Positions 11,938-22,447 of a DNA stretch of 64,000 nucleotides are shown piece by piece (the first letter of the stretch is position 1; the number at the start of each line of letters is the position of its first letter). This DNA comes from Paraspadella gotoi. Its lineage: Eukaryota > Animalia > Chaetognatha. The translations under genes and the position numbers were made by a program. The stretch covers positions 902,089-966,088 of the forward strand of contig CM119265.1 in assembly GCA_051294375.1 (NCBI GenBank). The letters run 5' to 3'. The notes beneath the pieces were generated by a model that was not told the origin of the DNA, made no database searches, and worked only from the letters and a program-made list of their open reading frames with translations.

Positions 11938-14900
11938 AAATAGTAAGAATAGGAGAGAAAGATGTAATTCGAGAAGAAACAAGTTTGAGCAAACAATGTC
12001 GGATCTGCCTACGATAATTAAGCGGTAATCAGCTTATCAGATGATAAATCACAATATTTTTAAAAATTTTTTTAACTCGCATCATTTGTTTAACTCGCAT
12101 CATTTTTTCAACTCATATCATTTTTTTAATCCTAAATAATATAGATTCAAGTAATTGTGACTTATATTTTTTCCATTTCAACTCATTTCCACTGGCACAA
12201 TTCTGTCAAAACTTTATTATCAGTCTTTCTTCACACACTTTCCTACCCTCACACAAAATTTCATCTCAATCTATTATGGGTTTAAAATAAGTAAAAAGAT
12301 TCAAGTAAATGTGACTCATATTTTTTTCATTTAAACTCATTTCCACTCGTACATTTCCACCGAAAACTTTATATCAAGCTTCGTCACACACTTCCTACCA
12401 CACACAAAATTTCAACTCAATCTATCATTCCAATTATGATTAATTAGAGTATTTATTGGTTAAAATAAGTAAAAAGATTTTAGTAAATGAGACTTATGTT
12501 TTTTTCCATTTAAACTCATTTTCACTCACACGATTCCATCGAAACTTTATATCCAGCTTCATCACACACTTTCCAACCCACACACAAAATTCCATTCCAA
12601 TCCAACCAGCAATCACGAGTTATTGGAGCATTTGCTAAGGTGGGACGAATGGACGGATTGATTGGTGATTTAATTAATTATGATTAATTATTGACTAATT
12701 GATAAATTAACTGATTAAATATTTGATTTATTAATACATCCTGCATTTACATTTAATATAAAAAGAAAAAGAAGCATAATCAATTAGTGAAACAGGTTTT
12801 TTTTTTTTTATTTAAACTCATTTCCACTCAAACAATTCCATCGAAACTTGATTTCCTGTTCAATCACACACTTTCCTACCCAAATACAAAATTTCAAGTC
12901 AATCGCCCCATCCACTCATGAGCAATTGGTGTTCGAATAGTGAAATTTATTTTTTTTTTTGTTTTTTCCATTTAAACTCATCAGAAATCGAGGGCCGGTA
13001 GACGTCGCGGGTCTTCAACTCCTCTTCTCTCTCTTTTCCTCCTCCCTCCGTCAATTTCCCCCTCCTTTCCCACCGACGGGGATTCGGGGTCGCGTTCAGG
13101 TTTAGGTTCAGTCCATCTTCTCCGTCTCTCTCTCTCTCTTCAGCCCTCTCCCTAGTAGTTCTGTTACCTTTTTTTTTCACCAGACTTAGTCGCTTACAAT
13201 ACATTTTCCCTTTTTTACCACCCATTTACCTCGTCCTTACTCAACGTCAGTACGAGTCAGGCAGTACCCGGCCTTAGTTAGAGCTCATTTCCACTCTGTA
13301 GATTCCATCGAAACTTCATATCCAGGTCAATCACACACTTCCCTACCCACACACAAAATTTTATTCAAATCCATCCATTCAATCATGAGTAATTGGTGTT
13401 TTTTGCTAAGGTGGGACGAACGGACGGATGGATGGACGGACGGACGGATGGACGGACATCATTTTTTTTGCATAATTTATCATAATTCAATGTTTTGGCA
13501 TGATATATGTTAGTGCCCGACAATATTGCGGGGGCGGACCGACGGACCGACAAAGTGAATTATAGAGTTGGGATCTGCTGATAAGCAGATCCGACGAAAA
13601 AAGAGAGAGAGAGAGAGAGAGTTGATTAAGTGATTGTGGTGCATATATGGCTGTGTGATGAAAGATTAAAAAACATAAAATATTATTAACCTGTTATCAG
13701 TTGTTATGTACTTGGATTCTTTGTCTGGTACATAGGCACCTTTGTAGACCTAAGAATACAAATATAGATAAAAAGAATAATGCTCTAAATTTTGAAATCC
13801 ACGAATTTGCAGAACAATACAACTGCTACGAATCTAGCTGTGAGTCTGTCATCAAATGCAAACTCCTAATGCATTTCAATGGCTGCAATTGCATATCAGG
13901 CTGGCGAGGCTGGGCTTGCTATAATGGTATTAATTTATATTGTATGTATACTTTTCCTAATTGTAGTTTTTACAGTGGATTTTAAAATTTTCTATTCTAT
14001 TTTAGCTACTGATTGTCCCACATTTCCCTGCAAAGACATTTGGAACTGTAACGATCTATATATGAAATATAACTGCTCCTGTTTGCCTGCAATGAATAAT
14101 TTAACATGCTCTAATGGTAATATCATTATTTCACGAGTTAACAGGAATCTGAAAACATAATAAACAACTATTTATTTTTTTTTAAGATTCAATTTATGTA
14201 AATGAGTTGAACAATGAACTGGATACTTCATTTACATCAGTGAAAAATAGAAATACAGAAATACTGCTACCAAGCACAACTGGACCAAGTAGCCAATTAA
14301 TTATCTCAGATAAAACATCCGATTTTCCAAGCAGTTTGTTTTTATGTTGACTGGAGATTATTTTTCATCTCCTTCACCAACAATGATAAGTTTGATTCCA
14401 ACAACAAGTCTAGGAGGGTTATATTCTTCAAAAAGACTGCAACTCAGTCAACGACACAAATCTTGGACAGAACCCACTCGGGTAAATTTATATACTATGA
14501 ATTTTTTTTTTTTTATTATTTATGTTTAGGCTTATAATGAAAAAAAAATGAAGGCTAAAACCATAGTCGAAATATATTTCTAATAAAAGTTTACCGTGGT
14601 TAAACAACAAATTGTTTGTCCACATCTGTGACTCATGTGGAATTGCTGGCAACATTGCTATTTGAATGAACTACAACTTAGGATGTTAATAATCTAAAAC
14701 ATTTTAGTTTATTATAGTTTAAAGTTTATTCTTTTGTATTGTTGAAATATTCCATCAGAAAATTAAATTAACAAAATATTTTGTATACAAAGGATCCTAA
14801 TTCAACCATGTCCTATTGCAATTCTCTCTCAATACAGAAAATACAAGAATACAGAAATACTGCTACCAAGCACAACAGGCAAGTAGCCAATTATTTATCT

Positions 14901-17900
14901 CAGATAAAACATCCGATTTTCCAAGCAGTTTTGTTTTTTATGTTGACTGAAGATTATTTTTCATCTCCTTCACCAACAATGATAAGTTTGATTCCAACAA
15001 CAAGTCTAGGAGGGTTATATTCTTCAAAACAGACTGCAACTCAGTCAACGACACAATCTTGGACAGAACCCACTCGGGTAAATTTATATACTATGAATCT
15101 TTTTTTAATTTATTGTTTAGGCTTATATGAAAAAAAATAATGAAGGCTAAAACCATAGTCGAAATATATTAATAAAAGTTTACCGTGGTTAAAACAATTG
15201 TTTGTCCACATCTGTGACTCATGTGTGATTGCTGGCAACATTGCTATTTGAATGAACTACAACTTAGGATGTTAATAATCTTAAAACATTTTAGTTATTA
15301 TAGTTTAAAGTTTATTCTTTTGTATTGTTGAAATTATTCCATCAGAAAATTAAATTAACAAATATTTTGTAAACAAAGGATCCTAATTCAACCATGTCCT
15401 ATTGCAATTCTTCTCTCAATACAGAAAATACAAAATACAGAAATACTGCTACCAAGCACAACTGGAGCAAGTAGCCAATTATTATCTCAGATAAAACATC
15501 CGATTTTCCAAGCAGTTTGTTTTTTATGTTGACTGAAGATTATTTTTCATCTCCTTCACCAACAATGATAAGTTTGATTCCAACAACAAGTCTGGAGGTT
15601 ATATTCTTCAAAACAGACTGCAACTCAGTCAACGACACAATCTTGGACAGAACCCACTCGGGTAAATTTATATACTATGAATCGTTTTTTTATTTATTGT
15701 TTAGGCTTATAATGAAAAAAAAATAATGAAGGCTAAACAATAGTCGAAATATATTTCTAATAAAAGTTTACGTGGTTAAACAAAATTGTTTGTCCACATC
15801 TGTGACTCATGTGTGAATTGCTGGCACATTGCTATTTGAATGAACTACAACTTAGGATGTTAATAATCTTAAAACATTTTAGTTTATTATAGTTTAAAGT
15901 TTATTCTTTTGTATTGTTGAAATTATTCCATCAGAAAATTAAATAACAAAATATTTGTATACAAAGGATCCTAATTCAACCATGTCCTATTGCAATTCTC
16001 TCTCAATACAGAAAATACAAAAATACAGAAATACTGCTACCCAGCACAACTGGAGCAAGTAGCCTATTTATCTCAGATAAACATCCCGATTTTCCAAGCA
16101 GTTTGTTTTTTATGTTGACTGAAGATTATTTTTCATCTCCTTCACCAACATGATAAGTTTGATTCCAACAACAAGTCTAGGAGGGTTATATTCTTCAAAA
16201 CAGACTGCAACTCAGTCAACGACACGATCTTGGACAGAACCCACTCGGGTAAATTTATATACTATGAATCGTTTTTTTTTAAATTATTGTTTAGGCTTAT
16301 AATGAAAAAAAAATAATGAAGGCTAAAACCATAGTCGAAATATATTTCTAAAGTTTACCGTGGTTAAAACAAAATTTTTGTCCACACCTGCGACTCATGC
16401 GTGAATCGCCGTCATCATCGCTATTTGAATGAACTCCAACTTAAGATGTTAATAATCTTAAAACATTTTAGTTTATTAAAGTTTATACTTAATCTTTCTA
16501 TTCTTTTGTAATTAAAATTAAAATATTTTGTATACAAAGGATCCTAATTCAACCATGTCCCATTGCAATTCTTTCTCAATACAAATGGACGCCATCTTTC
16601 TTGTCGACGAAAGTGGAAGCGTGAACCGTAATTCTTATCAAGAAGCCTTAGAATTTGTGGCCAGCGTCGTTGATGCTTTCAAAATTGGCAAGAATGAGGC
16701 CAGGGTCGCCCTGATCACCTTTGATCATAACCCCCTAACGGTTTTATCTTTGGTTAATTCAACACGAAAAGGAAAACAAGAGTCTATGAATGTTATTAAA
16801 GGAGCAAAGTATAATGGGGGTGGCACTTCTACAGGAAAAGCCATCACTGAAGCTGTAAAGCATTTTGAGGCACATCCTCGTGAATCAATTGCTCTCACAA
16901 AGATTATCATTGTCTTGACTGATGGAAGGAGTGGCGACAATGTCGCCATTCCAGCTGCTATAGCTAATGATAAAGGAATAAAGGTATACGCGATAGGCAT
17001 TGGCACCAACATTAATACTAAACAGTTGGAAGAAATAGCCATGGATTTATCAAGAGTCTATCATGTCTTAAGCACTGGTTTGCTCACTACGATCAAGAGT
17101 GATTTGGAAGAAAGAGTTTGTGAAGATGTGATGGGGATTCGCATAAATTGCACAACTGACTCTCACGGTTTTCCTTTGATGCACGTGCTTGTTCCTAGAT
17201 CTTTGAACTTTCAGTCATTTCTTACAATCGGAACTTGTTTAAACAAGAAATTGGAGAACTTCAATGAAGAATACTGGTTTTTTTCAATAATGTACAATGA
17301 ATGCGAAACGAAACTGAATTCAAGCGATTTGCACATCATTTATCACAACGTGATGTATCTTTCTGGAGAATCTGGATCTAATACAGACTCTGTTATTATA
17401 AGATCCGACAATCAAGCTTGGGGACTAAGATGTCTTTACGATAAAGTTATGATGAAAACCATATCAGGTGGAAGTTTTGAAACACAACCTAAAACCATTG
17501 AGAACAAGGGTAGTCTATTATTGTACATGGCTTTATACCGAACGTCTGCTTATTCAGAAGCATTAACATTTCCAGCCGAATTTTACTCTGATGAGTTGGT
17601 GTATATTCTCATACAACTGAGCAGCATTGAAAATCTGCAAATCTTTATTTTGGATTGCTGGGCCACGCCATCTGCGGATCCCAATCATGTTATTCAATAC
17701 ATGATGATTAAAGATGGTTGTATTTTGGACAAAACATTGTATTTTGACTCAAGATCTTCTTTTCTCAAAATATTGTTCTCATATGAGGCATTTAGATTTC
17801 GAGATGAGTCTACAAAAGAGGTATATATTCATGCAAAAGTTGTTATCTGTTTGAAAAATTCCGATTCCAGATGCAATCAAGGATGTATCGAAAATAAAAG

Positions 17901-19119
17901 GAAAAGAAGGGCAATTAATAACAACATTGAAGCTCTTAAAGAAGTTTCTGCAGGTCCATTGACTCTTGCAGAAGGATCAAGAACTAAATGCAAAGACATG
18001 GAACCCATTCAAAATGGCCACCTGGAATGTACCAAAGGCCTTGAATTGACATCATCCTGCCAACTTCACTGCTTACATGGGTTTTATCTATCAAGTTCTA
18101 ACCCAAGCAACGACTCAATTATTTGCTCTGCAAACTCAGACGAACCAGAATGGGAAGGTCCAACTTTAAATTGTATTGACATCAACGAATGTGCAGTTCC
18201 AAACAATCCATGCAATCAAGTACAGAATTCTGAAATGACTGAATGCGTTAATACTCTTGGATCTTACAAATGCCAATGTCTCAAGGGTTATAGATCACTT
18301 CAAGGTCCAAAGGTGTGCAAAAAAGCTTACTATTTTCAAGGTTCAATAAAATCATTAGAAACGTTTTTTGAAGAACTAAGGATTCCTAATTCAAAATTGT
18401 TTCAGCAAACAAAAAACGAATACGAATCTTTATTACGCAATTCTTTTCTACTAGAAATACAGCAAGATGCAGTTGATATTGAAATTTTTTTATTTACACC
18501 TGGAAGTATCATTATTCACTTCAATGTGTTTTATTTTAAAGAAGAATCCCTAATTTATCAAGACTTTTTAGAACTAAGATCCAAATTGAAGAAAGGATTG
18601 ACGAGTCGGAACTCGACTGACATTGTGATTTCATCCTTTAATCTTGATGATAAAAATGAGTGCAATGATGAAAGAGATAATGATTGCTCTGTCAATGCCA
18701 AATGCATCAACATCATTGGTTCCTTTTCTTGTGAATGCAAAATGGGCTACAAAGACTTTGGCATGAAAGAATTTCCTGGCAGAGAATGTGAAAAGGATTC
18801 GAGTGAAAATAGTGAAGAAAAAGACGTGACTCAGTGGGTGATATTCGGATTGGGCATTGCGGGGCTTTTGGTGGCACTCGTCATTATTCTCGGCTGCGTG
18901 ATCAACAAAAAATGTAAGGGATCAAAGGTTGTTCCTGAAATGTTTTACAACGATGAGTTTCAAAAAAGTGTGAGCAAATCTGAAGAAAAGGAAGATCAAG
19001 ATAAAGAATTTGATCAAAAGGAAAATGAAGATCAACAGGAAGAATTTGAACAAAAGGAATGTCTTGAATTTCGTGATCAACATTGGAACATGAGGGGGCC
19101 TGCACGAAAATATGTCTAA
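9623..19119 (+). CDS. Multi-exon type I membrane protein: (signal peptide)-EGF-EGF-linker-ANK-EGF-EGF-Ser/Thr-vWA-ZP-CCP-EGF_Ca-SEA-EGF_Ca-TM
   Basis: AG/GT-bounded exons: 10253-10366 and 10431-10544 (EGF-like, phase 1-1), 10619-10692, 11044-11557 (ankyrin), 13813-13926 and 14006-14116 (EGF-like), 14187-14481 (S/T-rich, small indels), terminal exon 16540-19119. A tentative poly-Val signal-peptide exon lies at 9623-9712 (phase off by 1 nt), with a possible ATG|GTAAGT at 8760-8762. Confidence 0.65.
10730..10786. repeat. (TTACCC)n telomere-like microsatellite in an intron
   Basis: cccttaccct tandem units interrupted by tggac/tggtc. Confidence 0.7.
11044..11557 (+). CDS. Ankyrin-repeat exon (about 3-4 repeats)
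   Basis: AASSGQIALLEYLFQNGLDVD, GDIEVIRFLLRKGADVF and SPLMYAIDLRLGQVVTELIAWGATV. An AG at 11042-11043 opens in phase 0 in frame with the ORF; the G|GTGAGA donor at 11557 is phase 1. Confidence 0.85.
11974..13602 (+). mobile_element. Non-autonomous Helentron-associated (HINE/DINE-1/Pearl-like) element, copy 1
   Basis: Starts AAGAAACAAGTTTGAGCAAACAAT. 5' subTIR GTCGGATCTGC at 11998-12008. 3' hairpin GGATCTGC-TGATAA-GCAGATCCGAC at ~13570-13595. (GGAC/GGAT)n microsatellite ~13414-13457. Tandem cores catttaaactcatttccact...acacactttcctaccc. Colinear with 54721-57417. Confidence 0.8.
12981..13283. mobile_element. ~300 bp insertion inside a HINE core repeat
   Basis: Interrupts catttaaactca|tttccact, which is intact in the sister copy (~57087-57107). 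CTCA occurs at both 12977-12980 and 13284-13287. Confidence 0.6.
14247..16583 (+). repeat. Tandem array of ~4 units of ~590 bp, each carrying a hybrid exon plus intron
   Basis: tacagaaatactgctacc recurs at ~14254, 14851, 15437 and 16024. acccactcgg|gtaaat donors at ~14481, 15077, 15661 and 16248. The acceptor aaag|gatcctaattcaacc occurs at ~14792, 15379, 15967 and 16540. Confidence 0.92.
16540..19119 (+). CDS. Single 2.6 kb terminal exon encoding vWA, ZP module, sushi/CCP, EGF_Ca, SEA, EGF_Ca, TM and acidic tail
   Basis: ORF 16528-19119. vWA MIDAS DAIFLVDESGSV, GGGTSTG and IVLTDGRS. ZP motifs YNECET, LDCWATPS, IKDGC, FSYEAFRF, VYIHAKVVIC. RKRR at 17899-17910. CCP CxxxxPIQNGHLEC...W.GP..C. 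DINEC...CVNTLGSYKC. SEA motif FTPGSIIIHF. DKNEC...CINIIGSFSC. TM WVIFGLGIAGLLVALVIILGCVI. Confidence 0.92.
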   Translation, partial: DPNSTMSHCNSFSIQMDAIFLVDESGSVNRNSYQEALEFVASVVDAFKIGKNEARVALITFDHNPLTVLSLVNSTRKGKQESMNVIKGAKYNGGGTSTGKAITEAVKHFEAHPRESIALTKIIIVLTDGRSGDNVAIPAAIANDKGIKVYAIGIGTNINTKQLEEIAMDLSRVYHVLSTGLLTTIKSDLEERVCEDVMGIRINCTTDSHGFPLMHVLVPRSLNFQSFLTIGTCLNKKLENFNEEYWFFSIMYNECETKLNSSDLHIIYHNVMYLSGESGSNTDSVIIRSDNQAWGLRCLYDKVMMKTISGGSFETQPKTIENKGSLLLYMALYRTSAYSEALTFPAEFYSDELVYILIQLSSIENLQIFILDCWATPSADPNHVIQYMMIKDGCILDKTLYFDSRSSFLKILFSYEAFRFRDESTKEVYIHAKVVICLKNSDSRCNQGCIENKRKRRAINNNIEALKEVSAGPLTLAEGSRTKCKDMEPIQNGHLECTKGLELTSSCQLHCLHGFYLSSSNPSNDSIICSANSDEPEWEGPTLNCIDINECAVPNNPCNQVQNSEMTECVNTLGSYKCQCLKGYRSLQGPKVCKKAYYFQGSIKSLETFFEELRIPNSKLFQQTKNEYESLLRNSFLLEIQQDAVDIEIFLFTPGSIIIHFNVFYFKEESLIYQDFLELRSKLKKGLTSRNSTDIVISSFNLDDKNECNDERDNDCSVNAKCINIIGSFSCECKMGYKDFGMKEFPGRECEKDSSENSEEKDVTQWVIFGLGIAGLLVALVIILGCVINKKCKGSKVVPEMFYNDEFQKSVSKSEEKEDQDKEFDQKENEDQQEEFEQKECLEFRDQHWNMRGPARKYV

Positions 19120-19417
19120 GAAAAAATGGGTTCAAAAACATATTAGTTCAACCCACTTTGTAATTTTTGCATGTAAACAAAACTAAAAAGATATCAATTA
19201 TTTAAAATGGAAATATCTTTTTTGGAAAAAAATAGTTTTTGTAACTTTGTCTATTTTCTAGTTTATTTACCGTCACTTTTATGTCATTTCCGGGATGCTT
19301 TCGAGTATTTATTTATCAAATATGAAACAAATTAACATTTAAAGAGTTTACAAGGTAGTGAATCGCAGTGAATTCAGATTTTAAAGAACATTCATACAAT
19401 GGATCACATTTATGTAT

Positions 19418-20496
19418 ATGTAGTCGGGCATAGCAAAGTTCACCCCGCCTCTAAGCATGACACCTTCACTCGTGACCCGGTGGCTCATTGAGTAAAGCCA
19501 TCAGCTCATGACTACTAGGTACCGGGTTCAATCCCAACCCGGTACCTACCCTACGGGATGTGTGAGAACGGCCGTAAGCCGCCTTGGGGGCGTTGAAAAC
19601 CCTCAAGCCTGGTTTCAAGCCCAGGTCTGAGTCTGACGTGATCACCAGTATGGGTAAGACACTAAGTTGGGCTGAAGAGTGCTATCCGCAACTTCTTTAA
19701 CCCTCTCTAGCAGCCATAGAACGGGTCCTGGGCTTGGAACCAGGCTTGAGGGTTTTCCATGCCCACAAGGTGGCTTACGGCCATCCTCACACTTCCCGCA
19801 GTGTAAGTACAAGGTTGGGATTCAACCCGGTACATTGTGGTCATGAGCCACCGGGTCACGACTGAAGGTGTCATGCTTAGAATAGGGGTAGCCCCACTCA
19901 ATGGGGTGAGCCAAAAATTTAGAATTATTACATGCTCAAACGAAAATTTATACATTTTGAAGTATACTTTCAATGGACAAAACATTTCTTATGTGGCTCT
20001 ATACCCAAATAATTATTTTTTTAATATTTATTTATAAATAGGAAAGGCCCAAATTTTTTTTCATACTTTTTAAATTTTAAGACCAGATTCAGATAGCTCA
20101 TAAAAAGTTGTCTACACAAAGTATAATTCTTTTTTAAATCTTTTCATGTTAAGTGAGTCAAAAATAAGAAAAACCGTAAAAAATCATCATCATCATCATC
20201 TTTCGATAATTTTATCAGTTTTTTTATATTTTCACATAGAAAACGTAAGAATTTTTAAAAGCTGTAATTATATTTCTTGTTTAACTTTTTATGCTCTATC
20301 AGAATCCATCAAAAAATTTTAAGATTTAAAAAAAAAATTTTATAATGTAAAAAAAGACAAATTTTTTTTGAAAAGGATTGCTTAAATATTTAGTCAAGAC
20401 AACTAAAAATACTTTGCTAATAGTCGAAATTTTATATTATCTCTGGAGTTGGTCCCTACTTAGAAAAGGGGTGAATTTTGCTATGCCCGACTACAT
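19418..20496. mobile_element. Fold-back element, or inverted pair of tRNA-derived repeats, with ~210 bp arms
   Basis: Termini ATGTAGTCGGGCATAGCAAA.TTCACCCC and GGGGTGAA.TTTGCTATGCCCGACTACAT. Arm 19418-19626 is inverted against 19727-19882 plus 20459-20496. A-box-like TGGCTCATTGAG and B-box-like GGTTCAATCC. A solo arm lies at ~53857-53946. Confidence 0.75.
19883..20458 (+). mobile_element. TAGGG...CCCTA MITE with 7 bp TSD, nested in the fold-back element
   Basis: CTTAGAA|TAGGGGTAGCCCCACTC...GAGTTGGTCCCTA|CTTAGAA; reverse complement of 36631-37245. Confidence 0.85.
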
Positions 20497-22134
20497 CTAC
20501 TTGAAATAAAAACATGTTTTATGCGATTTGAAATTCTCCACATAAGAGATCCAGGTCGATTTTTATCTGCCTCCTAAATTATGCAAATTAGCTTACGATC
20601 GAATTTGTCAGATAATTATGACGTTATTTATTCGTAAAATTTTAAAAGTTTTATAATAATAATTGTAATGTTAGAAATAAACAAATATTATGATTTTTTA
20701 GTATGTTCATTTTATAAATAGTTAATTTATAATATTTATACTAATAAAAATGAGACAAAATAGCATTCAAACATTTAAAAAGATCTTATGGTGGGCTAAA
20801 ATCCACCAACCGTTCATCAGCGGCCATTGGTGCCGGGTTCTCGCCCGGTGGTCGCCTAGCAGTTAAGAGGGACGGGGCGCTTAACCCGCCTGTAACAAGG
20901 TGTTACAGCCTGAAGCTCAGGGACTGCTTATATTTAACGGTTCTGTCACTAATACATAATAATAATTACTGTCTCTTTAATCTATGCATAAAATAAAAAA
21001 TAACTATCTTGCTTGCTTAAATTCTTTATTACATACTTTTTAAACTTTTATAAATTAAGTGTATAATTCATGCACTTAATTTGTCATTCAATAAGCTTTG
21101 ATATGAGGCGACTTACCACCAATCTCTCTCTCTAAACCCTTCCTCTCTCCTCTTTCTCCGAAAATTTGAGAACTAAGGTAAGAAAGACCGGGTAAAATTC
21201 ATAAGTATAAATAATAATTATTAGAATAATTATATAGAAAAACTTACTGCAAAAAAATAAATTAAAATCATTGATGAATATTTTTCTTTAGACCAAATGT
21301 TATGTAAAGTCTGAAATGGTATCCTAACCGGAAGTGAAGTCACGAGAATGCGAGAATATATATTGATGTCAGAAAAATCTATACGGTGACAAAATCATGA
21401 GGAGGGGAAAAGGAGAGAAACTAATAGAAGAGAGTGAAATGAAAAGATTTGTTATTACTGTTAACCGACTCAATTCATTAGTTTGAAAATTCCCTGACGT
21501 TTCTGTTCTTTTATAACAAATTGAGAATACTTGACATCATAACCACTGGTGCGCTTGCTTTCCAGCAGCTATTTTTTTGCATAATTTTTCCTCTCTTATT
21601 TGATAATTCAATTTCAAACTCATCAAAATATTATAATTTCTTTTACGTTCATTATTTAGTATAATGTCTTGGGAGCATGAAAAAAATTTTCATTAATATA
21701 TTTTAAGGTTTAATTTTTTTCAAAGCTGAATATTTTTTTTATAAGTTTTAACTAGAAAAAACTATAAAATAGAAAGGGCCGTCATTGTGGCTGTGAAAAA
21801 GATTTTGCCATTCTGATTTCTCAGACACATACTTTAATATCTATAATTATAAGATAAACCCAAATTTTTTAACATTTTATTTTTTTTCATAAAATATATA
21901 TCTTACAACAGTAAGGTGCTATTCAAATGCAAAAATTTTACTTTTTTGAAATTCTACCATTGTATTAATGAGCACATAACTAAGAAACTCAGCAAGCTGA
22001 AATACTGGGAGTTAAAAAATTAAAAACGTCAGAAAGTTTTTGACCAGGGTGAAAAATTTGAAGTCGCTATAATTAATAATTTAGACACAGTATTTGATAT
22101 TTTCATTTCACTCACATTTGAAATCCGTATAGAA

Positions 22135-22174
<40 letters not shown>

Positions 22175-22447
22175 ACCATTAAAAGAAAAAGGAATCGTCT
22201 CATCGTTAAAATAAAAATTATTCGTGATTAGCTTATTTGTATTTTTTTTTTCAAGTTGAAGAGAAATTGAGTCAGAAAAAAAAGATAAGAATTTTATTCT
22301 AATTTCGAGTTTTAACGAAAACTCGAAAAAATAATTTGACAAAAATCTTGAAAAAAGCTACTGAAATTTTTTTTGGTCATAATTATTGGACAAAAGGGAC
22401 ATTAATGATTAATGAACCATAATAATAATTCATCCTAACATCCAAAG

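Noticed and set aside
19474-19545. tRNA gene (also fragments at ~20825, 24040, 27970 and 55350)
   Set aside because: A/B-box-like motifs without a full cloverleaf and embedded in repeats; treated as SINE-like.
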